Source of the DNA: Ruditapes philippinarum | Taxonomy: Eukaryota | Length of the DNA stretch: 64,000 nucleotides | Reading direction: 5' to 3' | NCBI RefSeq assembly: GCF_026571515.1 | Contig: NW_026859203.1 | Span: 248,001 to 312,000 of the forward strand | In this document: piece by piece, positions 61,641 to 64,000 of the stretch | How the letters are laid out: each line of letters opens with the position of its first letter | Position numbering within the stretch: position 1 is the stretch's first letter | The notes under the pieces: model-generated | Databases searched by the model: none | Told to the model about the DNA's origin: nothing | The model's input: only the letters and a program-made list of their open reading frames with translations | Program-made: the position numbers and the translations under genes

Positions 61641-64000
61641 AACATAAGATTAACAAATGTGTTTGTTTTGATTGTGATTTATTGATTTATCACAGATTCC
61701 TTGACATTAATATCTATTTACACTAGGGAAAGATTGTAATTGAGCTTTGGCGTATAAATATATCTGAAACACGTTCGATAGGCAAACATTTGTAATTATT
61801 TTATTTTGATTAACCTGATTATTTAAGCTTACAAATAAAATCAAACACTTTCCAGCCTCGCCCATGAACAGGAGCTTGCAACATTTTCAGTTTTGCCGTG
61901 TTACGTATACTTTTGGAATTCTGTCTAGTGATAGATCCCTACGCTGACCTTTAATTTGGAAAACAATTTATTTAACTATAGGATCTCGGGAACGGGACTG
62001 CATATCTCCGGACCTATACCGGCTTTACATATTGTTTGTCCCACCTTGGAATACTTTTTCGTATTATCCGATAGTGTGGTCTTTAAAAATTATGATCTCA
62101 ATCTAATATATGTAATCAGCTAATTTAAAAATGGGCCAAATTTATTGTATATTAAAAAAAGAATTGTTGGCCAATTTTAAAAGTAACAGACAGATCGTGT
62201 TAAATTGTAATTATATTCTTTGAAGCCACACACTCGCATAATACGAAAAGACACTTAGATGTAGAGAAGCATTTTTAAAAACCGTTACATGATCGGGAAT
62301 ATGTTAGAAATAGAATACACAGAAATGAACATAGCTGTCAATGTTGTTCTGCATGAGACTTGGAAGATGAATTTCACTTCATTCTTATATGCCCATGTTA
62401 TACAAGTGCTCGTAGCCTTTATATTCAAATATATTATTTTATGAATCACAGTACATATAAATTCATAGCGCTGTTGCAAATTTATAATAGAAATGAGCTT
62501 TATAAATTAGCAGTTTATTATAAAAAAAAATGATTATCAGAAATTCAATATCAAATAATCTTCAAGGGTAATACAATGTCGACTTAATCATATCATTTTT
62601 TTATATTTGTTCCTCATATTATTTAACTGAGGCTTAATTAACGACCGACTTGTGTTTGATTACTAGCATTAGTGTTTATCTTGCATTGATTGATTGCACT
62701 GAAATGTATTTGTTACTCAGAAATTATGCTATACATAATGATGTGCTAATGATGTGTAAAAATCAAATAGATAAAAATTCTGTTCCCGAGTTCCATTGTT
62801 TTTAACCAGAAACATTGGCATGTGCTCTTTTGTTAATACGTCGTGGTGAAATTCTTATTGTAATTCACTAATCTGATAATATGAAATGAAAAGATAAGGG
62901 TCATAGAGGGATGTATGCGTTCGATTTAATTTATGGCATCATAATTATATGTTTATATCAAACAAATTACTGTTGTCTTAATTTTCGTTGAATATTTCCT
63001 GTTGCACCTTCATCTTCTCAGACACGTATTTATTTCTTCGAAAACGCATAAAACATACATTTTCAAAACCGATTTGATAATATATGAACTTCAGGACAGT
63101 GAATGATTTTTTTTCTCTTCATGTTTTATCCATTATTATATGAAATCTTGCTTGGTAACTGAATATGTTGCACCTGAAACAAAAAAAACCCCTCCCTGCA
63201 CCGGTTAAAGCCTTATGCAAACTTCAACACTAACGCGCCGGAGTCGATGATCCCATGGACTAGAAAAATATAACACCGAGTAAAATAAGGGTCAGCATTT
63301 TGACATTTGCTGTTGTGGGTTGAAAAATCTGGAAAAGAAGTGATCCCTCGGAAGCAATGAAAAAAAAACAATATAATATAATAAATTTGCATAAGACAAC
63401 TTTAGAATCTTTTGCAGTAACAAACTTTATTATTTAAAAAAACTAAATTAGGAAGAGTTATTACCATCTTCAAAAGTAATAATGCTCATTAATCTCGCTT
63501 ACATTCTGACAAGATGTTGCAAGCAAAAATATGTACTATATAGACATTATAAATTTGGTTTCGTTAAAAGTTTAGATCACTAATTATATATCAAATATAT
63601 AAGAGAATGTGGGAAATGAGTCATGTCTCAGAACGATTTTACATCTTTAAATGGGGAGGTAATAGATCATTTTCAGACATCATTTTTTTCGCATGCCATA
63701 ATAGCAACTATTAATGGAAAATTATTAATTTCTATTTGGTTGACAGAAATCTTGAGCGATATTGATTATAAAAGTCCTTTAGCAGTGAGTATAGTAATAA
63801 TGTTTCTCCTAGTGTTATGTATTCCTTTGCCCCTTTTCAAGTTGTGCCTGGTTCACGTTCCGTGGTCTTCGATAATACACGATATTCATATTATGATAAT
63901 GGTGTGTCTTGCTATTTTAGCGTCACGTCGAGTTTAATAAAAACAATTACTGTACAATTTCTTATTGATTTCCTTCAACAAATTAAAAAAAAATTGAAAC

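Larger units (their letters stand above)
47641..64000 (+). repeat. Second tandem segmental duplication: copy A from ~47641, copy B from ~57285 to the window end
   Basis: TCGCGTGTTGATC at 47641 and 57285, colinear up to ~51637 vs 64000. Copy B has extra insertions at ~57851-60413 and ~61985-62244. Confidence 0.92.

Overview
AT-rich, intron-containing eukaryotic DNA. It is most likely from a bivalve mollusc, an inference from the repeat families and the lectin type. All gene models were spliced by hand using GT-AG sites and reading phase. (1) The 5' half of a STAR-family KHDRBS/Sam68-like gene on the minus strand (4 exons, 1873-4702, continuing off the left edge). (2) A 4-exon secreted QPD/WND C-type lectin on the plus strand (6207-8842), plus a second copy (11757-~18045) whose last exon is frameshifted. 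(3) A complete 33-exon minus-strand gene (19065-44209) encoding a ~1448-aa type I membrane protein: signal peptide, three ependymin/LolA-like beta repeats, two predicted SEA-like folds each with a PAN/Apple domain inserted, three more PAN domains, a Ser/Thr stalk, a Gly-rich TM helix and a 20-aa tail. This is the most unusual system in the window. (4) An orphan 162-nt first coding exon present twice (49142 and 61224). Two large tandem duplications (~5.3-10.7 kb vs ~10.9-19.9 kb; ~47.6-51.6 kb vs 57.3-64 kb) may be real or uncollapsed haplotypes. There is one 140-N gap. Mobile DNA is abundant: an IS3EU-like foldback element with a 6-bp TSD, Helentron-type HINEs carrying satellite arrays or LINE/tRNA-derived cargo, piggyBac-like and other MITEs, and LINE and SINE fragments. 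Family names are from memory, not from database searches.
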